Positions 52,362 to 64,000 of a stretch of DNA of 64,000 bases are shown here, piece after piece. How positions within the stretch are numbered: position 1 is the stretch's first letter; each line of letters starts with the position of its first letter. Position numbers and translations under genes: made by a program. Source of the stretch: Octopus vulgaris (Eukaryota); assembly GCA_951406725.2 (NCBI GenBank), contig OX597816.1:86428001-86492000 (forward strand). The letters run 5' to 3'. The notes under the pieces were generated by a model. That model saw only the letters and a program-made list of their open reading frames with translations, was not told where the DNA came from and did no database searches.

Positions 52362-53087
52362 GTGTGTATGTATGTATGTATGTATGTATGTATATATACA
52401 GTAAACAAATGGGAAAGTATAATTGAAAGCACCGAGGCATGGGTTAAAATACCGTAGTTTAAGTCAAATACAAATCTATTACTTTAGTCATTTGCTAACA
52501 TTAAATGATTTCATAAGTTCGGTGTGCATGTCCGAATAATAACCATCAGATTAGGGTATGATTCTACTGCGTAGAAAATTTTAGCCAACAAAATTTTCGT
52601 TGTCTGCTGAGCGAAAATGTATCAACGCTTATATATCTTGGCCACGTATAAATATGCAGTGATGGTAACATAATTTAAAGTACAAATTTGGCTAGTTTTC
52701 AAGAGACCTATCGATTATACCACACATCAGACTCCATAAGTATTGCAAATTGTTTCAAGTAATTAATAAAATAATTAATTAATTAATCTATTAATAAGAG
52801 TTTTCACAGCTAAGTTCTAACACTAATGTGGTATTAGTAGACCGTTTCAGCTATAAAGTAAGTTCAACCTCGGTGCCGACAACAGAATATATGCACTTTG
52901 GCCCTCAATTTTCGGATGACACTGAGGCACTAGTTTGTGATTTACATGGCTTTTTTAGGCAGAGGATGCACATGAAAGTAGTGATTTGTATGGCCTATTT
53001 ATTTATATTATGCATGCAAACAGGCCCTCACCAAGAGACGAAATACAGGCAAACGCGTAGGCAATATTTTACAAACAAACACACGTA

Positions 53088-53302
53088 CGAGGGACTTCTG
53101 AAAAGTTCCTGGCTTTAAAGCTATCAAAAAAAGCCAGGATGGAGGCCCAATCTTCCGAGTTCTTTTACGGTACTTAGAAAAACTGAAGGTCCGCTGCAAT
53201 AAGTGAGTGAATCTGGGATGGGAATAGGGTAAATAAAGTTATAATTGACTGATCCTCCTGTATTTCATGTTACATAAAGCCAGGAACTTTTCAGCACCCC
53301 TT
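53088..53302 (+). mobile_element. Mariner-derived MITE
   Basis: TA + cgagggacttctgaaaagttcctggcttta ... taaagccaggaacttttcagcacccctt + TA. Internal LEKLKVRCNK*VNLGWE resembles the mariner transposase C-terminus. Confidence 0.85.
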
Positions 53303-55010
53303 TATTCATGCGTCATTCATTCTTTTTATTTGTGTTATCACTTTTATCTTAGCCTTCTACCATGTGATTGGGAAGCAAACTTCTCATCACACAGCAACGC
53401 AAGTGTATATTTGCAAGTATATAATTGCTTGCATCCCGTTTATATATTTCTCAATTTCTCATAGTCATATGTCATCGGCCCATCTAAAATGTAACTAGTT
53501 GTGAAGCACTGCAAGTGATTATGAGTTTCCATTAAACGAATAAGATATTCTCATTGAAGCACATTAGACATTTTTAATATATACAAGCACATACTCACAC
53601 CCATACATACACATGCACACATACATGCACACACACACACACATGCAAACAAATATATATAAGGTGACGTATTCATATTGTACAAATTTAATCCTGTTTT
53701 ACAATCGTCTCTCCCTACATCTTCATTAAGTGTATATAAGTGTTAATTCGGTCCTGTAGTTATATCTCCCCGTGTTTGCATGTGGATGTGTATATATAGG
53801 AACACTCTTCGTATTGGTATACTTGGATACCGTCAGTGTTTATTTACGATGTTTACACATGCACATAGACATATATGTCTATGTGTAGTAGTGTTTATAT
53901 GTAAGTGTACATGTATAAACATGTGTGCAAGTATGTTTACACAGAAATGAGTGACCGTTTGAGAATGTCTAGAAAAATATGTGTATATATATCTATATGC
54001 ATATATTGACTTTAAGCGATGATACGTCGCACATATATTCTTTCTCTCGGATACTTAAAGAAAATGATTGACCTCTCTCATCACTAATATTCACTATCAT
54101 TAATACTGCAATACTATATCTGGGAAGCCGATCGTCATGTCATTTATGCTACAGAAAATCCCTTGGCTGTAGTGATTACCTTCAATTGTCACCGCTTCAA
54201 TAAAAATTTTAGACATTACCATGACACTTAACATTCTACCCTAACTAGATAAATTTTTTTTGTTGAACAATCCTCATCTCAGCTGTCCTTCAATGTCTTC
54301 CATAACACTTGTAGTCCAGTAAACAATGTATCAATGTAAATTTCATAGGTAACATAGGAGAGATGTAACCTAAGCATGGTTACATCGCTCCGATGACTAT
54401 CCCTGTTTTTCTGTTCATCTGTTTTGCTTTGAGTGGTATTTTTTCTCCATTATACACTTGTTTCTCTTCTCTCTTGTGAGGATTTCACCTTTATTCTTAT
54501 ACTTCTCACTCCCCTCACTTATATGCATTACTTAACTTGATGCGGCGGCCACATTATACAATGCATTTTTATATACATTGATAGAGTACGTATATTTCTT
54601 ACCTGTCCCCGATCTGTCATGATTGAAATGGTTCACCTCCCCATATATTTCATTGAAAATAAATTATATGCTAATACTGGACAATTTACAGTAGTTGTTA
54701 TACCTTTAGCAGCCTTAATTCCTCCTTCATCCCTACCCTCCAGATAAGTTCCTTCACTGTCTCTTTTTCTCTCTCCAGCATTCCCATTATCACTCAGTCC
54801 CTCTGTGCCTTTACAGAGTCCAGCCATCTTTAAATCTCGTTGCCTCACTAATATATCCATCCCTTTCTCTTTTCCAAGCTTTCTTTCTCTCCATTCCACT
54901 TACCGTTCTACTTGCGATCATAACCCTTTCTCTTCATTTCTCTGTGTATCTAGTTCTTCGACTCCCCATATATTTATAAACTTTGATTTCCCATTGTACA
55001 ATCTCTCTTC

Positions 55011-55102
55011 ACCTTCTGATGAAAATACTGTGAATCCCCTGCACAAAACTGGATGCATTGTTATATCGCCAGAGATCAAAAATTCGAAACAGCAGTAAAG
55101 AT
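55011..55102 (+). ncRNA. Degenerate hammerhead motif with ~60-nt stem II, after a pyrimidine-rich PLE-like tail
   Basis: accuu CUGAUGA aaau...auuc GAAA cagcag UA aagau. Stem III is one substitution from the ACAGCUGU palindrome. Confidence 0.5.
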
Positions 55103-55378
55103 AGGAGTTGATTGCAGCATGTAATACGCTACTTTTTATATGTATATACATTCCTTACGCCTGTAATGGTTTGTCTGATATTCTGTGTCTATTCTTCAAA
55201 CTAACATTTCTCACTCTCACTCCCCTTCTTCCTCACTCACCTTCACTTCCCCTCCCCTTCATCACATATTAACGCACATCATTTATATATATATGCATAG
55301 CTGTACATAATTATATATCTAAGTATGTCTGCACGCATCACTGTAAATGACTGTATCTGCATATATTCATACAAATAA

Positions 55379-55489
<111 letters not shown>

Positions 55490-55727
55490 AGCATTTTGAT
55501 CGTTGTTTCCCCTTGGTGCAAATTGAATGAACGTTCTTGATGAGAATTTGAAGTCTCAATGCCTGAATGAACTAATTACGCCAGTCTCGGCCTATTCTCT
55601 GTACTAAACATAGACACACAAATACACACTTTCCTTTTCTTTCGCCTACATCTTCCATTCTTTTCTTCTTCCTTTCAGCTTTCATTCAAGAGCGGGCGCT
55701 TGCACACTCACGCGCGCACGCACACAC

Positions 55728-55758
<31 letters not shown>

Positions 55759-56590
55759 TACAGACAATCAAAGAAATAGCTACGCGGATGCAAACACACC
55801 CATATGTACACACTTACACAAATTTCTCATTCAGTTGAAACAAATGGCTGGTTATTGTCTAGATGCCGTTCTTAATATTGTAGTCTTTTTTTTTTCTTCT
55901 CGATAAGCCTGGCAATGTTCCTAGCTTCATACAATGCAAGAATACTGCTTGATGTTCAAGGAAACGAACAGTCAAGGAAACCATATAGGAAGCAGTTCCT
56001 TATTGGAATAAATCGTAGTTTTGACGCAAAATTAACCCCAACTTACTGAATGGAAATAGTGAAATTCCTCTTCATAATACACTACAGTATTGAGATTTAC
56101 GCGACGGTATAAAGACGCAATGTTACTACAGAACAATAATAGATCGTGAGACAGTAATAGACTATCACATCATTAAACTGCAGAAGCATATACGAGACAA
56201 AGTAAGGGACTCAACAGGATCACACAAATTGCAGCAATTAGCATGCAAACGTCTCGCAAATTACATTAATACTTAAATAAAAAGAATAATATTATTAAGT
56301 CACAAAGACATGATGATTACAGTTTCTATGTGTGTGATCGCATGTCTGCGAACGTGGCTACAAAAATAGAAGTTCTAGATTTCATTGCTACGCTACAGTA
56401 TCAGTACATTGCAAATATATTAGATATGTGTTCCTTTACTGTGCACTCGTTCAGTGGATTAGTGCTTTAGTTCTCTGATATAGTGCAGTGTACAATAGAA
56501 ATATTGCAGTGCGCGTTATATGCTCTATCATAGTAACAACTGCATGCTATTCGAATAATCATAGTTTTATCGTCTTGTATATATAGATAC

Positions 56591-56971
56591 ATTCAAACAT
56601 ATAAGGGATGGCCATAATAGGACATCGGACTCACTTGAAAGAGCAGTTAAACTACAACCCACTAATAGTTGTATTTACTGCTGAGAAAACCGCGCGAGTG
56701 TGGTTGGTTTTGAAAAGTTATAGGCATGGTTATTATCGCCTCGTGACTATATGGTAGTCCTTGGCTTTCTGCTGAAGAGGCAACGCCAGTCGTAAATAAA
56801 TTTATTTTATTTACAAAAGATTACCGAAACTATGCATAGTCCAGAAAAGAGAGGGTAAACGTTTTTATTTCTCTTTCCTTTTCAGAATTACAACTATTAG
56901 TGGTTTGGAGTTAAACTACTCTTTCTAGTGAGTCGGATGTCCTATTACGGCCATCCCTTATATGTTTGAAT
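56591..56971. mobile_element. ~380-bp foldback/MITE-like element with ~85-bp imperfect inverted arms
   Basis: attcaaacatataagggatggccataataggacatcggactcact...ccactaatagttgta pairs with tacaactattagtgg...agtgagtcggatgtcctattacggccatcccttatatgtttgaat. Confidence 0.85.
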
Positions 56972-57079
56972 CTATATTACATAGTCTATTGACTATTTTT
57001 TCCCTTCTCACTTGACCGCTGGTAGCGGAAAATTTTTTGCTACCCTAAAATGTATTAATATATATATATATACATACAT

Positions 57080-57258
57080 ACCGGGGTATGTACATAAATG
57101 TGAAACACGATCGGAAAAAAAGTACTCAAATACCAGAGCTAGAGTGATATGCTTTATTTAAAATTAGCAGAAATATAAAAAAAGCTGTTACTCAGAGTTT
57201 CACGTTCTCGTTCATCGGACAGCTTTGTTAAAACTGTCCGATGAACGGGAACGCGGAA
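57080..57258 (-). mobile_element. PLE pseudo-LTR fragment with hammerhead and an inverted 5' junction, next to a TA tract
   Basis: Carries a hammerhead on the minus strand, followed downstream on that strand by aataaa. Inverted partial copy ctgtccgatgaacgggaacgcggaa at 57234-57258. Confidence 0.7.
57185..57222 (-). ncRNA. Minimal type-I hammerhead (CCGAUGA core variant)
   Basis: Minus strand: cugu CCGAUGA acg-agaa-cgu GAAA cucugag UA acag. All three stems pair; GUA triplet. Confidence 0.75.
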
Positions 57259-58749
57259 TGTTTATGATAATGATTGCTTGTTGTTTGAGCCTTAAAAACA
57301 AGTCAATGCCGTAGCAATTGGGGCAGCATATGTTGACACGTTGATACTTATTTATTTATTATGACTGGAAATATTGAAATACTAGAACCCAGACGTCTAT
57401 ATTGATTCAACTATATGTTGTATATTATATTCTTCCCTGTAATGCAAGGTTGTCGATGGAGCAAGAATTAGATATGCCTACGCAGCTAGTGTTTAATTTA
57501 TAAGGCGTTGTAAAATCTTGAGTGTTGTTGTCAACCGTCTCATTTCTTAATTTGAGATAATTTAATGGCTTAAGCACTTATGTATGGAGAGGTTTTATTC
57601 TAAGCAAGATTGCTTGGATCTAAACTTATATATAACGTCATCAGATTTTTTGTCGTAAATTAATGACTCAGCAAATTTTTGCTTGAGTTATTAGAAATTG
57701 TTTAGTACACGTAATTGGCAGGTGACCTTGTTCAATATCAACAAACGACAGTTCCGGTTCTCAGATCAAACTAAATATGTTGTGAATCAATTATTGTGTA
57801 ACAGGTTGAATATACCGCAGCATGGCCAATAAATTTATAACAATATGAAATCACTCCAGTTGGATCGTAATCGGAACATCCTGACTGATATATAATTCTA
57901 AGATATACTATATTCATCCAAATATATATGCGCACACTGTGTGTATATCACTCACACTCACACACACACACACACACAAACACAAACACACACACACACT
58001 CTCTCTCCTATCTCTTGGATTGATGTAAGCTGTAACCAAGGAATTATTCCGATTTCTGAAACACATCAAACGTATCATTTAGGAATTGTGTTCGCCATTT
58101 CGTCTTCTAATTGTCATCGTTTACAACCCATGGCTAAACATTTCTCTAGGGGAAAATAATTCTGATTACTTGGCTTAAGAAGTTTAAGTGATGTTGGATT
58201 TGAAAGAAAATAAGATAACAACATCATCAAACGTTAGGAACTCAAAGTTCTTAATCGGACACCGAACAGAGATACGTTAAGATTCCCATTCTTTTTATCG
58301 ATTAAACTCGTTCTGGCTCCCAGGGACGTTATATATGAAACGGAGGATATGTTACTGGAGCTGCTAAGAACTCTCATTAAATAATTTTGCCTAAGTACTT
58401 CACTTTTCATTCTTGATTTATCAAATGGAGTAGAATTAAATGTATAATCGATCATGGAAGAGGATTCCACCTCAAATACCCGGCTGTTAGTTGGGTAACG
58501 AAGAAGACTCTAGCGACACAAACAACAAAGGAAGTCGATTTACCTGTTCGAGATTGAAGTGAAATCACAACCTGATGACTTAAAAAAGATCACTGGATAT
58601 CAGTGGTAAACAACGTGTTATGGAAAATACTGTTAATGAAGGGGACGTGTATAAATCTAGACCTAGTCAATCGACGTTGTTACTGGTTACAAAATTAAAA
58701 TTCAAATGGCATTCAATTTCCTTGGTAGCATTACAACTCAAAGTAGAAA

Positions 58750-58756
<7 letters not shown>

Positions 58757-58835
<79 letters not shown>

Positions 58836-58858
58836 CATCATCATCATCATCATCATCA

Positions 58859-58895
<37 letters not shown>
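58757..58895. repeat. Duplicated compound (CAT)n(TAT)n(CAT)n(TAT)n microsatellite at the LINE 3' end
   Basis: Directly visible. Confidence 0.95.
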
Positions 58896-58897
<2 letters not shown>

Positions 58898-61800
58898 GTT
58901 TGACTTTTGCTTTATGTCTGTACAAGTTGGCCCCAAATCTCACCCAGAGTCTTCAAGAGACAACAGGTTGGAAGTTCACGTTGTTGTTATGCCTAGTGTG
59001 TCATATATTTGGGTTTATTTTTGGTGTTGTAATACTGATTGTCTAATACATAAATTTTTTTTAAAAAGTTTGTTTTAAACCTTGGGATTACATAGAGAGT
59101 ATTTTGCGTAGGATATGAGCAGTTCCCATGAGCACTATCTTTTGAATTTCTGCCATTTTGGGGTTTCCTGGTATCTGAGTTAGGTTGCAATCAGCCCCTT
59201 TCGCTATCATTCCCAGGGCACCTATGACAACAGGTATTGTTTTAGTCTTCAGGTTCCACATTTTGCTGATTTCTATTTCAAGATCTTTATATTTGCTCAG
59301 TTTTTGGTAGGTCTTGACAAATACGTTTTTTATCGATTGGGACAGTCATATCAATGAGGAGGCATGTTTTTTGTCTGAAGTCTTTCAATATGATGTCTGG
59401 CCTATTTGCATCTATCTTTCTGTCAGTTTGAATGGTGAAGTTCCAGAGGAGTGAGATGTGGTCATTTTCAAGCACTGGGGGTGGATTGTGTTCCCACCAA
59501 TTTTTTCATGGGGCAAATCCAGGTTTTTGCAAATTACCCAGTGAATATATTGTGCAGATCTATCATGCCTGTTGAGGTACTCTGTAGGCGCTAGAAGACT
59601 GCATATGGAGACAACATGATCAATGGTTTCATTTTGTTGTCGGCATACACGACATGTTGGGCTACTGCCGTTCTTTAATATATTGGTCTGGTAGTTTCTT
59701 GTTGGTAGGCATTGATCTTGAGCTGCTATGATAAACCCTTCTGTTTCAGATTTTAAGCCAGAGGCCATTAGCCATTGATGGGTCAGGGCTTTGTCAATAT
59801 CTGCATTATTCGCTCTCTTTGGATATTTGCCATAGAGAGGTTTTTCTTGCCATTTATTATTCAGAATATCTAAGGCCGCAGTTTTGGCACGGGTTTTCAT
59901 GCGCCTAGATTTGTCTGTGCTTGTTTCTTGTATGTCTATCTCTAATTCCGAAATTTGTTGTATTCGGAATTCACTTAGATATTCCTTTGCCTGTTTTGTT
60001 ACTGAGTATGATGCTTTCTTGTTTTCATGTTTTGAGACAAGTTTTAACATCCAGTCCTCAAACTTTTTCAGGTAGGTGTCTAGGCTAATTGTAGCAATCT
60101 TCATTGTTATTGCCAGTTGCAAAAGACCACGGCCTCCCTCTTTTCTTGGCAGATAAAGTCGTTCTGTATCTGCCTTAGGATGGTGCATTCTATGCATTGT
60201 CAACAGTTTTCTTATTTTTCTGTCGAGCTGACATATTTCAGTAATTGACCAGTTAACGATATTGAAACTGTAAGTCACGACTGGTGTGGCTAATGCATTG
60301 ATCGCTTCGATCCAGTTTCTTGCATTCATCTCTGTCTTGAGTATTGCTCTCACTCTTCGATAGCATTCTCTCCTGATCCTTTCCTTATTTCTCTGAATGC
60401 CTTATTCCTTTCCCTTCAATTTCCCCTAGGTACTTGTAGCTCTCCGCTGGGTCTAGTTCTTTTATGACATTCTGCTGGTCAAGGTTAACGTTAGATATTT
60501 CTGTCATTTTTCCTTTGATAAAGGTAGCTTTTGCACATTTATCGAGGCCGAATTGCATTATGATGTCGTCACTGAATTGTTTGACTATCGCTAGTAAGAC
60601 TTTGAGTTGTTGGTCTTTTTTGCAAAAAGCTTTAAATCATCCATGTAAATGAGATGATTTATATTTTTATCAAACATTTTATACTCGTACTGCGCGTCAT
60701 TGAGCAGTTTTGAGAGAGGTATTAAGGCTAAACAAAAGAGGAGTGGTGACAGTGAGTCACCCTGGAAAATGCCACACGAAAGTTTTACATCACCAGCATT
60801 TAGGGATTCATTGTCACTGTTCAGAGTTAGTGTGGTTCTCCATGATCTCATACTTACAGTGAAAAAGTTTCGCAGACTAGGTGCTATCTTATACATTTCC
60901 AGGTATTTCCTAATCCAGCTATGTGGTAGGCTATCAAAAGCCTTTTTATAGTCTATCCAGGCTATTGATAAGTTTTTGTGTCGTTTGTGACAATCTTCTA
61001 AGATCATCTTATTGATGAGTAGTTGATCTTTACAGCCGTAGGATCCACGTTTACATCCTTTCTGTTCATTAGGGAATATGCTGTTGTCTGTTAAAAAACT
61101 ATAACTATATTCCGTGAGGACAGATGTTAGCGTTTTATACATAGTTGTTAAGCAGGTTATGGGTCTATAGTTTTTTGGTTCATTTGTTTCTTCACTTTTT
61201 GGAAGCAGGAATGTTAACCCATTAACTAGCTAAGGAGGCATCCTACTAGGGTGTTGCAAAACATCATTGTACAGTTCTGTTAGCAGTTCATGGCTCTCTG
61301 GGAAGGCATTCAGCCAGATGTTAGGAATTTTATCCTTTCCTGGAGACTTCCATTTGCTTGACCTCCTGAGAGCACATCTTATATCTTCTACCTTGACACC
61401 CTCCCACTTTTTCTCTTTTAAGGGGTCCAGTTCTGTAGATATTCTGTCAATCCAGGGGACCTTTTCGTTGTGTGTTTTTCCTTCTGCCCAAATTGTATTC
61501 CAAAATCCCTGCACTTCTTCTTTTGATGGTACAGACCTTGCAGTAAACGCTGTTTTTCCTATCTTCCTGTAAACAGTATTGGGGTTATTTTTGAACATGT
61601 TGTTGTCCTTGAAAAATCTAACACGCTTTTCATACTTCGCTATGCAGGCAGCTTTGGCAGATACCTTTTGTTTGATGGTTTCTATGGTGGCATCAATATC
61701 AAGTATAGTTTTCATATTGTATTTCTTCAGTAATTTTTGAGTTTTTGTAGGTTTGGTAGTCTTGTGAACCTTAAGGTTTTTCAAATATTCAATGTCAGAT

Positions 61801-62910
61801 CTAAATAGTTTAATTTGTTGTTGCAAACGCTCTTGCCAAGAAGGCTTTTTGTGGGAATGTTGCCGTTTTCTAATCTTTACACCACATAGGATTGTTGAGA
61901 TTTTCGCGGTTGCATAGTATAGGTGGTTGAGATTTGTGATATCAACATCATTAGCTGAAATTATATCCTTAAGTGCAAGCCGGATTTTACCAATTATTTT
62001 CATGTTTTGTTTAGAGTTGCGGATTTTAGGGAATGTATCACGTTCATCCATACTGGTTTCTTTAATTTTCAGTCATTCAATCATGATTTGATGTTTTAGC
62101 TCATGTAGTTCTGTTGGGTCAATTTTTGTGTGACATTCTTTATCTATTTAATGTTCATCTGTCTTAGTGTTTATGATTGGTTCAGGGAGTATTTCACTTT
62201 GCGTATCACTTATACTAACTCTTTCAATCCTTACTTCGTTTTTATCAGCCCTGGGCTGGTCTATAATTATTTCCTCTGTATTATCTTCTCTAGCTGCAGC
62301 TTCGTTCATTTTATCCGATATTGCTTGTCTAACTTGATCAATCTCTACTTCAATCAGTAATTTTTTTTATAATGTTTCTTCTGACGTTGGCAGGTTTGTT
62401 GCTGTCTATGTTGGGTCTTACTTCAGAGTGTTTCTGTCTCCAGTTTAAGTATGTTTGTACAGTGTTAGATTTATCTGTGGGGAAATATATGGCATGGTAG
62501 AAGGCCCCAAGAACTTCTTTATTATCTTCCCTAGCCCATTTTTCCTTCTTTTTCTTTTGATTATTTGGTGACAAGCATGGATGGCCATCTGTTGGAATAT
62601 TCCGGTTGTGGGGTACGTCCAGCTCCTGTGTGTTGGGAAGATTTGATCCAGTAGCTGATTTTTCAATCAGAATTTGATTCAATTTTCGGGTACGTGGTCT
62701 TTTGTAATCCGCACGACGACCAATGCGGTTTATAGTTTGATTTGTTGACATTGAAGCATGACGAGCTTCCATTCTTACATTAGGAGATGGTTCTGTCAGT
62801 TTAGGGTTCTCTACACGTAAGTATTGCTCGTAGCGCAGCTTCTTAAGGCTAGCAGATCTGTATTCGTCTGTATTTTTTTTTGTTGATAGTTTTATCTCCG
62901 AACATTTTTT
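58896..62910 (-). mobile_element. Near-full-length R4/Dong-clade non-LTR retrotransposon (single ORF: RT, CCHC finger, REL endonuclease), frameshifted
   Basis: 3' end ...gcaaaagtcaaacat followed by (AAT)n on the minus strand. ORF pieces 62350-62772, 61230-62051, 60591-61142, 59412-60353 and 59287-59475; stop at 59088-59090. Confidence 0.92.
59088..62772 (-). pseudogene. R4/Dong ORF (reverse transcriptase and restriction-like endonuclease), disrupted
   Basis: WKSPGKDKIPNIW, EQKGCKRGSYGCKDQLLIN, WIDYKKAFDS, GIFQGDSLSPLLF, HLIYMDDLKL, ETEGFIIAAQDQ, CRVC..ETIDHVVSIC, RHD, ANRPDI..LIDMTVP (PD..D REL motif). Confidence 0.92.
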
Positions 62911-63832
62911 CCTCCTTCTCTTTCTTTTTTCCTCTCTCTTTCTCTCTATCTCCTTCTTCCCCTTTTCCCTTCCTTCTTTTCCCTTCCTCTTTTAAACTTA
63001 TAAAAGGCTCACTCTGCTTGTATTAGTTCGAAATAATGAGAATAAAATACGGAGAAAGAAAAGAAAAAAGAAAAAAGGGATCTGTCAGTTATTATTGTTA
63101 TTAATATCACCATCACCACCATCACCATCGTCATCATCATCAACATCACCATCACCCTCATCATCATCAATGATATTGTTTTATGTGTAGTCACAGCCAC
63201 CATCATCACCACTACTGCCATTGTGTGGGGGAATAGCTGGTTAAAGAGGTCATGTTCTATGTGTCTATAAATAGATTCAGCAGATGGTGGAGACAAAGGA
63301 CATTAATGGTCAGTAAAAGGTCAAACCTGTTTACAATTTGTTTTCTTTCTCTTTTCTTCCTTTCCACATACATGTGTATATGTATATGTATACTCACACA
63401 CACATATTATCTGATGTTCACGTCGATGATTTTTTTAATTTCTAAATTCAATGTTATGTATGTATTTTTTAAATTTCTGAATTCAGTTGTATGTATATAT
63501 TAGCAGGTGCTTACTTCCATAATTTTTTATCGTGCATTTAATTGTGTTGTTACAATAAAAGGCAATTTAAAAGGCAATTTTACACATTCTTATAGGCATG
63601 AGAGACGACTAAATGTTCACACAAAAGTGGAGATATTTATGTTTCTAATTTTTCTTGTTAGGTGTACATTTGTATGAGCTGTAGATATGTAAGTTCCTTA
63701 ACTTATTTTGAGGGAAATTCAAATTACTCACAGAAAACAGTAGATCTTCCAGTTTTCTACAGTTGTTTTTTTCAGTTGTCCTGCTGGGTTAGCTGTTGCC
63801 AGTTCAGAGCATCGAAACAATACGTCCAACCT

Positions 63833-63893
63833 CTGTCACGTCCGGCCGCCTTCTCTTCCTGTCACGTCCAGCCGCCTTCTCTTCTCACGTCCA
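63833..63893. repeat. GC-rich 26-bp minisatellite, ~2.3 copies
   Basis: ctgtcacgtcc(g/a)gccgccttctcttc at 63833-63858 and 63859-63884, plus a partial unit. Confidence 0.85.
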
Positions 63894-63920
63894 ATTATTA
63901 TTATTATTATTATTATTATT

Positions 63921-64000
63921 GAGTGAGAGAGCAGTGCATGCCATCAAAGTGACACTGGGGTAAAATATACGAAGCCCAATATACCCATCATGACTACCCG
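63921..64000 (-). mobile_element. End of a third copy of the ~554-bp AAT-embedded element (runs off the window)
   Basis: gagtgagagagcagtgcatgccatcaaagtgacactggggtaaaatatacgaagccc is the reverse complement of ~16044-16123; preceded by (TTA)n. Confidence 0.9.

Noticed and set aside
58570-58622. CTGATGA followed by a hairpin and taaacaacgtgtt
   Set aside because: GAAA box and stem I are not present; too degenerate to call.

Overview
AT-rich, microsatellite-saturated eukaryotic (animal) DNA. I could not support any host protein-coding exon. The SINE and LINE families look like those I recall from Octopus genomes (inference, not checked). The window is mostly decayed mobile elements: a Helitron remnant (PIF1 helicase plus CTAG end), a young 5'-truncated CR1-clade LINE with an open 591-aa RT frame, two R4/Dong-type LINEs next to (AAT)n tracts, a Penelope-like (PLE) RT/GIY-YIG pseudogene, Tc1/mariner remnants and three tRNA-derived SINE families. 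The features not explained by the ORF track are non-coding. (1) At least six distinct minimal type-I hammerhead ribozyme motifs with palindromic stem III, most of them in 49.8-57.3 kb. One lies in a ~455-bp tandem/inverted monomer array that resembles a non-LTR retrozyme. (2) A U6 snRNA pseudogene joined directly to a SINE. (3) A discrete ~554-bp non-coding element, present three times, always inside (AAT)n. (4) Several long perfect hairpins or inverted repeats. All calls were read by eye; element boundaries are approximate.
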